A stretch of DNA of 64,000 nt from Hypanus sabinus. Taxonomy: Eukaryota. Every line of letters starts with the position of its first letter. The first letter of the stretch is position 1. A model generated the notes under the pieces. That model did no database searches and had not been told where the DNA came from. It worked only from the letters and a program-made list of their open reading frames with translations. Below are positions 63,848 to 64,000 of this stretch, in pieces. The stretch spans positions 52,576,001-52,640,000 of the forward strand of contig NC_082716.1 in NCBI RefSeq assembly GCF_030144855.1, written 5' to 3'. The position numbers and the translations under genes are program-made.

Positions 63848-63906
63848 CTCTTTTCTAATCATAACATCATTTTTGTAATTGCTGTTGTTTGCATATCTGA
63901 GTTTAC
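63848..63906 (-). CDS. MAGOH: MAGOH exon 2 (exon 1 lies beyond the window)
   Basis: ag|[21 protein letters not shown]|gtaagc, 59 nt. Confidence 0.96.
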
Positions 63907-64000
63907 CTGTCAGAAAACATACATATTTTATTATTCCCCAAAACTATAATTCACATCTTAAATCACTTACATTTCTCTGATTACTATTAATGCACATCCT

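Overview
Eukaryotic (vertebrate) genomic DNA, most likely a cartilaginous fish such as a ray (inferred from the CR1/Rex1/V-SINE/Penelope repeat landscape). It holds four spliced genes in the same order and orientation as human 1p32.3: SLC1A7 exon 1 (-), complete CPT2 (+, 5 exons, 680 aa), complete CZIB/C1orf123 (-, 8 exons, 160 aa) and MAGOH exons 2-5 (-). All exon boundaries were traced by hand to GT-AG junctions with consistent phase. A large share of the rest is decayed mobile DNA: CR1, Rex1/Babar and RTE LINEs, Penelope-like elements (PLE), V-SINEs, Tc1, pogo and hAT fossils, and a solo LTR. There are no prokaryotic features. The most notable observations are: (1) short TSD-flanked, often palindromic PLE-derived elements centred on a minimal hammerhead ribozyme; (2) an RTE LINE with a twin-priming-type 5' inversion inside a hAT transposase; (3) a possible decayed HDV-like ribozyme heading a non-autonomous element whose 3' domain recurs in the CPT2 3'UTR; (4) clustered substitutions at normally conserved CPT2 exon 5 residues. 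I cannot confirm that any of these is previously undescribed. Repeat boundaries without a TSD or TIR are approximate.
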